From Raillietiella orientalis (taxonomy: Eukaryota): a DNA stretch of 64,000 bases. This document shows, in pieces, positions 48,301 through 61,200 of the stretch (the stretch's first letter is position 1; every line of letters begins with the position of its first letter). The notes beneath the pieces were generated by a model. The model was not told where the DNA came from. It saw only the letters and a program-made list of their open reading frames with translations, and ran no database searches. The DNA is taken from NCBI GenBank assembly GCA_036172245.1, contig JAYWIR010000040.1, positions 1,302,001-1,366,000 on the forward strand. The letters run 5' to 3'. The translations under genes were made by a program, and so were the position numbers.

Positions 48301-50377
48301 GTGCCACTAATAAGAAAATTAGTTTTGAAAATTACTTTAGCTTGGCTGGTGAAGCTTCTGATAAGCTAAATGTTTTGCAGTCTGTGTTCTTCAGAATGCC
48401 ATGAAATCATGAAATCAAAGTGACATTGAAAGTTATTGTTCTGACATCTATTGTTTCAACGAAAAAAAATAGCTTATTATGGATGGATGAAATCCTTTTT
48501 ATCGGAACTAGCCGTATAGGTCTACGCAAGACAGGTCGTTTACTATGTGGGTTTTAAAGATAAAGAAAATTTCCGAATCGTTTTGTGGCAGGATGACATT
48601 TGCCGAGTACACGGAAAATGACAGTTAATTAATTCAAAATCGAGGAGTGCCATCATGAAATTCCGAAAATGCTCCACACATTGAAAATTTCTGCTCTGTA
48701 GTCATAGGATCCAAGTAGCGCGAAAGTACCTAAGACTCATCTGTGAAATGGAGGCGTTCCTTTCGAGATTGCAATAACGCCGATACAGTTCAATGAAAGT
48801 GATTCTTTCTATGCACCTGTATGTGTTTGGTGGATCAATATGAAGACTTTTGCACTATTCCTCTACAGTTAAAACTATTTATTAGCATCCTTTTTGCCCG
48901 TCATTTGGGAAATCATTTTCTCCCTATTTGCCTATTAATTCAACAATAAATGGAGATCTTGAAATTTGATTACGTTTGCGTCTTAAAACAAATTATGTGA
49001 GAAAGCGAAGCCGTGCTAAAGTTGCAATTCCTGAGAAATAATTACTGTGTTCCGAGTTCGATCACTTTTACGCAGTTATTTGGAGGGGGGGGGGGGAACC
49101 ATAACGGCGTTTGATTTCCGAGAAACAAAGGTAAGAGCAAAAGGCAAACACCGCACAATTCACATTTTCCGCCCTCGCCCCTTATTTCGTTGAATTTCTA
49201 AAGAACATCTTGCGTATTCAGGAAGCAAAAAAAAAAAATGCTTCAAAATTTCAATGGCTCCCAAAGCTTTTGGATCGTTGGCGTGATTTGTGGCTTGCAA
49301 ACTAAAATGCCCAAGTTGTATTGAAAATTTAGTTTGAGCACAATTTTGAAATGTACTCACTTCTTGTAAGAGTTGCCCCTACCACGCTAAAAGATAGGTG
49401 AGAGTTCCGTCACTTTTAAAACAAACCGTGAAGTTAAACAGCTGAATTATAATCTTCATTTTTATGCAGAAATTCTTCCTACTCCCTCATACGTATCTCA
49501 AATAGTAGTAGGGTATTTTAAACATTATAAGTGAAGTAACTTTTAATTTCAATCAGCATAAAAAAATGCGAAATACTCAGGTATGAAATCAGTTGGGACT
49601 CTTAGTGGCATTAAGAAATAATCGATGATCTGCACATAATTTAACATAAATATTTCCCCCCCAATTGCATATGCAATTTTCCTAAAGATAATTAATCTAC
49701 ACGGAAATCTTACCTGATAGCTTTTGATTTCTTTGATGATGTGGATTATTGGCACATGAGGAAATGGCTCCACATATCAAAACTAGTTGATAACATGGAC
49801 GAATGGCTAGTATCTCTTTCTAAAGCACAATCTATTGGTTTCGTGAACAGGTGATTGATTTACCTTCTTCGTAACTGATGTTTTCCTTATGCAGTAGGAA
49901 AACAGGCGTACGAGATCCGTTACACATCCAGATTCCGATGCATGGGTTTGATTCATTCCATTGTTAATGACGAGGACAGAAAAAAGATACAGAGATGCAT
50001 GCAGTAACTTCTTCTTTTCATAGTTTTTTAAATCTTTTAGTATTTTATGTAATATCTTAAACAGAATGGGTTTTCCAATATCCTGCTGATTGGCAATCTA
50101 TGAAAAATCTGTGAGCACTTTATTTTAAACGTTCATTACTTGCATTGCCTTCTACTGCACACCCTAAAGCAAAGAATCCCAGTTCTAAAATATTTCGCTT
50201 TATGCTCTGCGTTTTTAAAAACACATTGAAGATTTTCTGCTTCCCGTTAAGGATGCGAAACTGTTCCTTAAACACTTCGCTGGTGTTGAACAAGGAAGCC
50301 AGCGCTATGAGTTGATCCTTGGTCGAGAGGTCGGGTGGGCAACATATACTGTCCAGGATTTTTTGAAGGTCACCCAT
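45348..50377 (-). CDS. TERB1: TERB1 (CCDC79)-like armadillo-repeat protein, 492 aa, no visible C-terminal MYB domain
   Basis: Six phase-consistent exons: 50144-50377, 49864-50097, 49714-49819, 46193-46349, 45974-46145, 45348-45923 (1479 nt). Collinear by-eye matches to the remembered human TERB1 ARM region: SLYLFSVLVINNGMNQTHASESGCVTDLVRLF vs SVYVILVLVSNNRTGQTLVRETGCITVLSRLF; YQLVLICGAISSCANNPHHQRNQ vs YQLWSSVCSTLCVCVNNPQNDENQ; ILILIGHAVEASDVCQ vs IMLTLGHCTEDCEENQ; QNEDVQNAVKYV vs QNEELNKAATFV. AATAAA lies ~30 nt after the stop. Confidence 0.85.
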
Positions 50378-53300
50378 TTTCGCTTCTGCCTATCTGCAGA
50401 AAACAAATGAGTAAACGTCATACAGAAATTAGCAAGGGCATTTCGATGTGATTGATTTTGTTGTTGTTGTTGTTTTTGTAGCCCCAGGTTCGTCCGTGAT
50501 GTTGCGTTAAAACCGAGTGATTTCCTTAGCCATATTGCCGCTTGTAAAATACATATTCCTACACGGCACTACCAGCATTCGAGTAGCGAAGAGAAAGTTT
50601 TAAAGCACGAACTAGTTCAAAATTTCTTTCCATGAAAGACATTTGCAGAGAGCACGTTTTTTCTTGGTCTGTAATGTGTACAATTTTCATAGTGGAAACT
50701 TGCCGTACAGCAGATTAAATATTGCAGTTCTGTGAGAAGGGGTCTTGCTGAGCTCGACGTGGCTAATCACGAATCTGTAGGTTAACCGACAGCAACCTTA
50801 CCGAAAGTAATTGCTTCGAGCATCGGCTTTGCTTTCCGCATAAAGGATATTTACATCCTCAAAGTGGTTCCGGAATTTGGCTGCATTAGCGTCTCTTTCC
50901 TCAGTTCTTATTTCAGGAAATTTCCAATCATTCCGCTTTCAAAGTGAAATTTGATGGAGACTTTAGGATTTCGCTGAGTTAACGACATTTATAGGTTTTA
51001 CGAGGAAAAAAAAAAAAACTCCCCTAAACTCGAATAGGCAGCTTTCACTCGCATCCTCGACTGAGGCACCAACATGAGACTGTATGTGATGCTGATGCTG
51101 ATGCTCGATATGCTGATGTAAAACTGCATTTCCAAATTTGTTATGAAATGTTTTAATAACAAGCAGTGATGACGAGGGCACTAAGATATTCTGTACGAAA
51201 TTACTGTATTTTTCAAAGGTTAGCGTGGTCCTAGTCATTGCAATCGTCATCTGACATCGTTGCTTTTAGAGGGATGGAATATCATGCGAATTTCTTCCGT
51301 CAAAAGAATCTTACGGTTATTCCAATTCATAATACGCGCAAAGCAAAAGAATAAGTAATGGATGAATGGGTCACTATAGGAGCTTAGATGTAACTGCAAG
51401 CTTCTATAACAATTCCAAAACACACTTCAAAATCAGTGAATACTTCTCAGTAAAATATGAAAAAAATTCGGTTAGAAATTTATTAAGCTACCCCCGTATG
51501 TGAAGAAGAAGAAGAAAAATGAAAATATCTAAATTTTTCAAGAAAGGAATATTAGAGGTACTTCGAAGGGGGGAGGGGGGGGTGCAGACGCGCGCACATC
51601 GATTCCAGGAACCTCCAAAATGCGAGAGATCCAACTATGAATGTAATTGACTTCCACTGATTCCATTACAGCAGCAGCCTTTCAGTTCTACTCTATTTTA
51701 TTCTGAAATCACTTTGAACAGGTTGTTTGTTTCAAGATACGTATTCAAAGGATGCCAATGTAGTCTTCAGAAGAAACTCAAATCACAAATCTACAAATTC
51801 AAATTGTGGACCGATCCAACTTGGTATTAAAGGCTAAATAAACAGATGATGATGCGACCTTGATCTTGGTGTCTAGCACTTCCGTGTCATCGACTGTGCA
51901 CCGTCACCGAGCAAAGCCACGGAGGTCGCGAATACGTCGAGTTCACGGCAGCTCTTTGACTGGAAGCTTACCAAACCGAACAAGACTTTACTGCAAAAAT
52001 GGGTCAGGGATTTCCCATTCAGAAGGTTTTTTATTTTTAATGTTTTCTCGATGAAACACTCATGTCTTGAAACCCACCGATGGAAACCTTTGGCCCCTTC
52101 GGATTTGGAAAATAGATGTTCGTTACTTGGAAAGTATGCCATATTCCATGAACAAATCTGATATTCTCCAGAGATCACTTGGTATTCATTCGGTGGATGA
52201 TGTCGTTATGCTTTCATCTGGAAATACGACACTGGTTTCATGATACTGTCATATTGCTCGTTGCTTAAATTCAGCGGTCGTATTTAGAATGTCACCTCAT
52301 TTTCTTCACCAAAATTTTCTCAGCTTCACTTGCATAACGTGCATATCCCATCACCTTTTCAATGTATATTCTTCTGCTGGCAGTGTAGTAGATGTAGCAT
52401 TTTGTTTTCATTAGTGATAAGCCACAGTGTGTTTTCATGAAATACGTGTTTGAATACAATTGCTTGTAACGAGGTTCAAAAATTAAATGTTTTTAGATTG
52501 CTAAGAATTAGCAAAGATAGAGACAGAAATAGAGACATCAATTATTCATCACAGTTGACAGTTTTTATTCACATGCTGTTAAGCTTATGTTGTTCCGCCA
52601 TTTTTAAATTTTTAAATGGTCACATCTAGAACCCACTGAATGATTCGCTGGTAATATTTCACATTTCTAAGGATTTTTGGCTTTCCACACATTTTCCTTA
52701 TCCGTGGAGAACCAGAAACTTCAGAGCAATGCAAATTACTACATCATTTCGTCAGTCTACTCCAAACTCGACTACATCAATTTTGAAGATCGGGTTTCGG
52801 AAGCCCAGTGAAGAGTCGCACTAATCCAAATCAGATTTCTTCAGAATCTTGATATGCGCGATAGTAATTATTTTTCAGATTCGTACCCATATCATAATTA
52901 ATAATCTGCAGCCATTGTCTCTAAGTAAGGCTGTTTTGTGAAGTCTTATTAACATGCCTAGCAAAATAGGCTACACGAATCTGCAAAATGCATAGAATTG
53001 AAAAATTTGGAGATTGATCATTATAACGCAACTCAGGTCGCTGCATCTAATCTATTTAAGAGATAAATCATTTTCTTTTATGTGAAGTAGAAAATATTCT
53101 TAACGGCAACAAATCTGACGAAAAGTCCATTTTCGCCTTTTTACTGGTGGCTTACCACACTTATCTGTTCGAATGATGAATCACAAGTTCTTCATTCCTA
53201 AATTTCGGAATGCTACCATCATCTTTCAATCATTGCATTCCAGACTCTTCCGTTCACGTTTTACAATCTTTGTATTTTCTGTATCCCTTTGGTAGAGCAG

Positions 53301-56029
53301 TTCGAAAGTAGTGCCATCATGTACTTATCTGAAATTTCTTCATTCGAACGAATTCTGAGATCCAGAATGTTCTTTCATGTGCCAATTATTTCCGGGGACG
53401 ATGTATGCAATGGATAATGGAAGACGTGAGATCTCTTTTGCACTAATCTTTTTCGTTGCTTTCAAGATTTCAAAATAATGGCACGAAGCTCAGTTCGCTG
53501 AGCTTTGCATCCCTTCTGATGGGTTCCGAAATCAATGGTGAAGAGTAATAAGAGCACATTCCTTTTCCTATTATTATACCCCCATGGATACTACAAAAGT
53601 TGATCGCTCTCTGATGTTTAGTCAAAACAGCAAATTCCTCAACATGAGCCATTAAACTTGAGATCGTAGTTCCGAAACAAGTGGATGTGCAGAACTTTGC
53701 CAAATATAAGTATACGAGAAAATAACTTGGGCACTAGGTTTCACTTGAATGGAATCAAGTAAAAATAAAGCTACATTGAACGTAAATTAATTTATGAAGC
53801 TCTCGTGAAAAAAATAAACATTCAAGAGTTAAAAATCACGTCTTATTAAATGCGTTGAAAAAATTGTACTATGACTTCACAAATCAAAATACTTCATTCA
53901 TTACAATGCACAAAGCGTTCGATAACGAACTTAAATGTAAATCTCGTCTCTGATTCGTATCAGTGATTTAAAATCACACTCATCATTGAATAACATTGGA
54001 AGCAGCACCTGCAATTTCAGGGTGTCAACTTGCAAAGGTTTTCGTCACGAAACAGTAAGCAGCAGTTTAAAAATTACTCAAACTGCTGTTTGCTGCGTGT
54101 TTTCCTATTACTTCATTCGAAGATAACAACTAAACGCATCCGCGAACACAATAAAACATGAGGAATACGCGCACACAAAACGTAGGTATTTGCAAAAAAA
54201 ACATTCCTCATCTACATGTAATTATTTTTTTTTTCATCGGCGTAAGGAATGCGAACTTGTAAAAGAAAAACTCACAATGCAGTTACTGTTCAGCTATTAA
54301 GACATCATCATGCAATTACCCATCTTTGCTTAAACAACATATAATAGAAACTCAATAATAATATTCCCAGTTCTAGTCTTTTCTTACATGAACATTTCTT
54401 TGAAAGCACAGTACTGTTCAGAAATCAGGTTGAATTCAGAACAATTTTCCTCAACCTTCAGGTTCACTTATGTACTTGAAAATTATTTCTGTATTTCTAT
54501 GAACACACGCACCACGATAGTGCCCAATGGTTTCCTAATTCTTTTGAAATCCTTTCCACAGATAAATTCGACAGATCGTAGGCCTCAGTGCTGCTAGGTT
54601 GTGATTATCATCACAACTATCATAAATAGAGACATCATAAATGCAAATAAAATATTCAGTTATCAAACCAAAAGCTCGCATTGAATTTTCTAATGTTATA
54701 ACTTTCGAGAGTTTTCTCAATATATCACTCTCGGTAAGATTTATCATGCATTGATACTTTTTTAAAGGAAAGAATGCTCTAAAAACACATTTAAATTTCA
54801 TGCATGCTTCAAAAGTTTATCAGGATGTTTCTTGGGATATATTAATTTAGACTAAACAGTATCTAAATCTATGGAATCCTAGAAATTTACTCGATAATTT
54901 TTACCAAACTATTGAATTTTTCAAGATGGAATGTATTCAATGCTCAGGTTACATTTAGTTGATTAAGAATTGCAACATTAATTTGTGTCTTTAATAGGTA
55001 TTATTTACCTACAGTTTCTGATATCAGATCGTCATTTACCTGATTTTTCGTTTTTGAAACTTTTTAACAATGATAATTTCAATTAAAACATATTTCTATC
55101 CAGAGTACGGAGTACTTACTCGTTTGAAAACTTTCTAACCCCACTCATCGATAGGATATGTTTGCAGCAAATTTATTTCTTTGAAATTAGAGGTGATGAG
55201 TCTCCAGTTGCTAATTCTTAGGGAGACAGTCTAAAAGAGATTAGGGAGGTATTCTTCGGAAGACACTAATTAGTGTTAATGTCTAAATCGCTTGCTATTT
55301 CGAATGCTGAAAAAACAGATTTCCTGAACTGTACAACAGAACGTAAGGTGTTTTATCATACCGATTAGTGAGGATGGAGCAAACGGATTGATATTCCATA
55401 TTTTCCACTCATTTTTTTTTTTATTTTTTGTGCGTCATTTCAGTCGCCAAGCCAGTTTTATCTTGTCTTAGGTATAAGCGTTCATTAGCTAAATAAATTT
55501 AATATAGGGAGTGCTCTTGACGAATTATTGAAATAAGCATTTATGCAATATTCTGCTATTGGTTTTAATAGTTTCAAAGAATATCAGGTTCTATCTTTAT
55601 GTAAAGTATTATTTCTCGGCTACTTCTCAAATCTTTTATTCTAAATTTCCGATATGCATCTGATATCCTGAAATCAGAAAACACATATATGGCAACTGGA
55701 TTTCAATTTCAATACGAAAAAATTATTTGAAGAAAGAAAAGTTTCTTGTTTTCTTCGTCATTCTTTAGTGTTTCAGATGCCATGATAAAAATTTCTTTCA
55801 CTTCTTACTTTGAGTAGAGATACATAAGAATTCTTTCTTTCCATCTCGAAAACATCGATAATGTTTTTGTTAAACTCACCGAGCAAACACATAATCCTCA
55901 AAATACTAGCACTTTTGCACAAACCATAAGGTTTCCCCACATTGATAGCCAGGTCCCATGGTTGTTTGCTTTCTTGATCTTGTTAATTAAAAAGTTTGAG
56001 ATTATCCTTGCTTACAGAAAGGATAATAT

Positions 56030-56140
56030 GAAAACTTTTTCCTTACAGAAAGATATCCCGTGCAATGAATGGAATACCTTATCAAGGAGACTGGACTCCA
56101 TTATCGATATTTGGAGAGATTGTTAACATGTTACAAATTA
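56030..56140 (+). pseudogene. Possible DNA-transposase C-terminal remnant (Chapaev/CMC-like)
   Basis: Frameshifted QKDI...ME...YQGDWTP resembles the FHQDI..ME.RYQG.W transposase motif. The match is short and degenerate. Confidence 0.25.
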
Positions 56141-58227
56141 CAGTTTGCAATTTGAAATTCGTAGATTTGGATGTAAACATGTGCTAAATGAAGAATCATA
56201 CTGATCCAGAGTTCAGGACAAACAATCTGATATATTTTGTTTTCTTTGACAACGAAGACCGAAGAACAAGCACTTGCTTCCAATTAGTAATCAGTGTACT
56301 AGTATTTAAGCATAGTGATTATATTGTGCCATGTAAAAACATGAAACTATTTGACTTCCATGTACGAGGAGAAGATGCATACAAGGTAAGATTTTAATAT
56401 CCTACGATCGTGGTGAGTTTGATCAAGTTCACCATTGAAATCTAGAAGATGAGAAATCTTATGATACAGCACCATTGTCTGTACGTAAGGTACAGATCAG
56501 CACATGGAGATGGTTTATAGCTCATACTCAAAAAAAAGATACTTGCAGTGAATTTCCAATTCATATGAATTATACACTAAAATTATTTTGTGAGGAAACG
56601 GGAGACAAATTATTTAATGCAGGCAATAGAATTGCAATTCATAGGAAACCTAATCATTCATGTATCTGAGTACAACCTGCAATGTTTGAAATGTCATTGA
56701 AAAGGAAATTGAGATACTGTTCTAATATTGACTTAATAGTTAAAAAGCAACTCGGATTTTGAGGCCATTATTTCCGGTTTAAGAGCTTATAAAAAAGAAA
56801 AAAACCTCACTCGGAAAACCAACGAACAATTGCTGATGGACCAACGAAACCAAACTGTGAATCAAGTTCAACTGTCAATGTTATGGGCTGGTGAGATCTC
56901 TTTTTTCAAGAGGGTATTTCAAAAATAATTGTCTGATAGAGTGGATATGATATTCAGCACGAAGAGAAATTATGGTGTTAAAAATAATTCATGGATGTCG
57001 AATGTTAGGGAGATTAACAGCAGGAAGAAGTAAAGGGGTAGAGGAAAATGTTGAAGATGATTTTGAATTGATTGATATTTAGGGAGAATTAGAGAGTTTC
57101 AAAATCTCCCGTGTGAGTACTCTACGTAGATGTTTATGTAAGTGTTGATCTCTAAAAGTATTTTTGGATTTGGTTTAATGAATTTCTTATCACACTAACA
57201 GGCAGGGCATGAATACTACTCATATTCAATGTATTATTTCTAAAAAGTATAGGAGATAGACAATGTCTGACTTTTCAACTGATTTTTTGGAAAAAGTTTT
57301 CTAATTCATTGTTCAGCCGATCAAATCAGCATTTTAAATTCCTTTCAATTTATGAGGCCATATAGATTTTATGAAACATGCTTAAATTATGTATGCAAAA
57401 CGAACTGTTTGAGTGCATTTTTGTAGAGTATAGATTAGGGGTATTTGTATAGATTGTACTTCGACGAATATTTAGAATATTTTAAATCTTTTAGATGGAT
57501 TAATGTTGGAAACCTCGAGTTTCACAACGTGCATAAAAGGCAGTATATATACTTTTTAATGCATTATTGTCACCAAGCAGTTAGTTGTGCTTAAAACAGC
57601 ATTGCATATATTTTTTGTGTAAAATAAAACTCCCAAATCAGCATTTTGGGAGAACATTTATGGCAATATGGTAACACGAATGTGGTTGATCCGCATCGCT
57701 TGTAAGTAAACGTGGTCTACTGATTGAAAACTACTCGATACAATGGAATAGAAAATGTAAGAGCTGTTGCTGGTTATACAAGTGTTCAAAAATGTAGAGA
57801 CTAGCTGTTTGCAATTACCGGCAGCTGGAGCAACGCATTTTAGAATTTCAGTTTTGCTAACGTTTGTGGCGTTTTCAGTTCAATGTTGCGGTTTAAAAGT
57901 CTTTGCAGCATAAGGCTGCTCTTCTTTTTTTAACAACTAAGACTTCTGATTTGAACATTATTTTGTTCTATTGGGAATCAATTTGATACAGCAGATATAA
58001 AACCAGTTTGTACAAGTGTGCGTCTAACGTTAGTGAGAAGCCTTGATTACTAGACAGTTTTGTTGTGATTTCATGTCAATACGTGTGCATGAAATAATTT
58101 TATAGCCGTTCGTAGCATACGCAGAAGCATGGATGAAAGATGAATTTTCTTTTAGATCAGTATTTTGTCACGATTTATTTTTAGAAGTGAAATATGGTTG
58201 CCTCTAATAATCGCAATAGTAGAAATC

Positions 58228-61200
58228 ATGATAGACATGAATAATGGAGCAGAAGATAAGAAAAAACATTCCAAATCTGGAGCAAATTTCATTTGTGGTG
58301 TAGTAGAAGGTCTGTATATTACCCCTTATTTGTGCGACTAAGTCGAAAACATTTGTTTTAGGATTTTATGGTCAGCCTTGGACTGCAGAACAGCGAAAAG
58401 AACTCTTTAAAATGTAAAATATTTTTTTTCTGTATTGATTTAATAAAAACTATAGAAAAAATTAGTTAGCAACTTAATAAGCAATTTGATGATTAATCAG
58501 AGGTTGTACATCTATTGTGATGTAGTTCAAATCTCTAAATAATTGATAATTCCGTAATCCTTGCTTGTTATGGGAAAATTGTGTAAAGTACTAAGACTTT
58601 GTAAAGTTTCCTGTCTGAAATTGGAGAGTATGTATTTGTGCATGTCTTATAACATGAATCTAATTGTGTTCTATCAACTGTAACTGTAATTAGAATGAGG
58701 TTAATGAATTATGGAATTATGTTATTGTGTTTCCTATATTGCAATTATAGATGATGCATGATATCATTGTGTGGTGAGTTGAAGTGAATAATATTCTTGG
58801 TTGTGGAAACTGCAAATAACTTTTGGTGAATGTAGCAACAACATGAAAAACATCAAGTACACTTGTTGGAAATTGCATTTGAAATTGTGCATGTGAATGA
58901 AAATGAAGCTGAATGCGATGCACTAATTATGGTGCACTGGCTTGTTATAAGGCACATACCAAGGACTTGTTGCTGATTGCAAAAACAGTTGTTAGTATTT
59001 GGAGATTGAACATTTAAACATGGAAATTATGTTTACACTAGACTGCTGTAAGCATAAAAAATCTTCTAATCTTAGCTCTCCTTTTTCTGTCAAATTTGAA
59101 ATATTTGATGCTATTAAGTGGAGTTGCTGATTTGCAAAATCATATGTATTATGAAGAACTACTTCTGAATAAAGGAATCTTGCAGCAGCATTACAAAAAA
59201 ATCAAATGTCTGAATGAATCATCGTTCATTTACACTGCTCTGTTTTAATGTTATCAGTGGTGTGTATTGATTTATGACATTGAGTTTGTTGAATGCTCGC
59301 ATAATTGAAGTAATTGAAAACTATTTCAAAGCGGATCTGTCATCAGCTTACTATTTGTCGAGCCTCAAATGATGATCTGTTGTTATAATGTTGATGAAAT
59401 GTTAGGTCTCTCTGGAGCAAAAGATTTTCTCTGAGATTGGATGAGGGGGCATGAATTTGTAGATCTCTTGCTGAGAAAAAATTCTTGCCATGTTTTCTTT
59501 CACCAATTTGAAAAGGAAAAGTTCTAATTTCCTTTAGAAAACACTATTCACAGGAAAAGTACAAAGTCAAAAATATAATATCTCATTGTTTTGCTAATTT
59601 GAAGTGATGTTTAAAGTTTTAATGGAGGATCAGTTCTCATCTTTGTTACAGATACATGTGACTATAAAGTTCTTTATGTCATACTGTCGAGTATCAAAAG
59701 ATATTCAAAGAAAATTGTGTTTTGTTCTGTTAAATATTCTAAAAAAGCTGTTTTGGCAGGTTAGGAAAATGGGGCATGAATTCCTATTTGTATGCTCCCA
59801 AAGATGATTGCAAGCATAGAGCTTTCTGGAGAGAAGCTTATAGTGTGGAAGAAGGAGAGCATTTAGCTAACTTAATCAGTGCAGCAAAAGAACAGAACAT
59901 TACATTTTATTATGCAATTTCACCTGGTTTAGATATTGTGTACTCGTCTACCAAAGATGTAAATTGTCTGAAACGCAAATTGGATCAGGTGAGCATTAAT
60001 CTGAATGTTTCTTCTGTTTTATGAGTATATGCTTCCAGGTTGCACAGTTGGGATGTCAGGCATTTGCATTGTTGTTTGATGACATTATCCCTGAAATGAA
60101 TGAGGCAGATAAAGAAGTCTTTCAGTCATTTGCTCATGCTCATGTGTCTATTACTAATGATATTTTTGAGCATCTCAACCAACCAGCATTTTTGTTTTGT
60201 CCCACACAGTATTGTGGCTCTTTTGCAATACCAAATGTAGCCAATTCAGAATATTTGCAGACTCTGGGATCTAAACTAGCTCCTGGTGTTGATATCATTT
60301 GGACAGGTGAGGTGTCATCTGAAAATTAATTCTTACAGTTGAGCTTAGGACCCAGAATTATTTCCAAAGTTATACGTTTGGAAAGTGTTCAAGAATTAAC
60401 AGAGGTACTGCGTCGACCTCCTGTCATTTGGGATAACTTGCATGCCAATGATTATGACCAGAAGCGCCTTTTTCTTGGTCCTTATTGTGGTCGTTCACCT
60501 CAGCTTATTCCTCATTTAAGAGGTGTTCTTACTAATCCAAACTGCAGATTTGAAGCCAACTTTGTTGGTATTCATACATTAGCTCAGTGGGGTTCATGCA
60601 GTACTGATGTGCCTTCATTCCCAAGTATGTAGGATGTTGCTACTTTTCTTACACTCTTCTGCTCACTAGTGAGACCTGCATTGTGGTCTGTCTCCAGATT
60701 GCACAGTAAATGCGGACATCAGGTTGGAAGTGGAAGGTGACAATGGTGAGGGTGAACCCAATTCTCTTCCTCCCGATGTTTATCATCCCAGACGTGCCCT
60801 TCGACTAGCCATTAATGAATGGATGATGGAATTTTACAAATTGAAAGAAAATCCAATGGTGGCAGAATCTCAGGTCAGCATTCAAAATATCATTAGAATA
60901 ATAGGTTCATCTTGTGATTTGTAGACTGCAAAGGAGAGTAGTTGTGGAATGTTAGGGAATGCTATTCCTCCTCTGGCATTAGCAAATGCTCCAAATGAGG
61001 TAAGGTTATATGTCAAGAATATGCTGTATTTGGCAGTATGATAAGTTGCAGTTACTTACAGCTGCTTCTTCCATTTTCACTTCTACGCCTATCATGAATT
61101 CACTCATTGCAGAAGATAAGATTGTGATTTCTAGTCAGCAGGCAGATGATTTGTCTTCTGCCTGTCTCCCCAAAGGTGTAGAACCAATGGACTGCCATCC

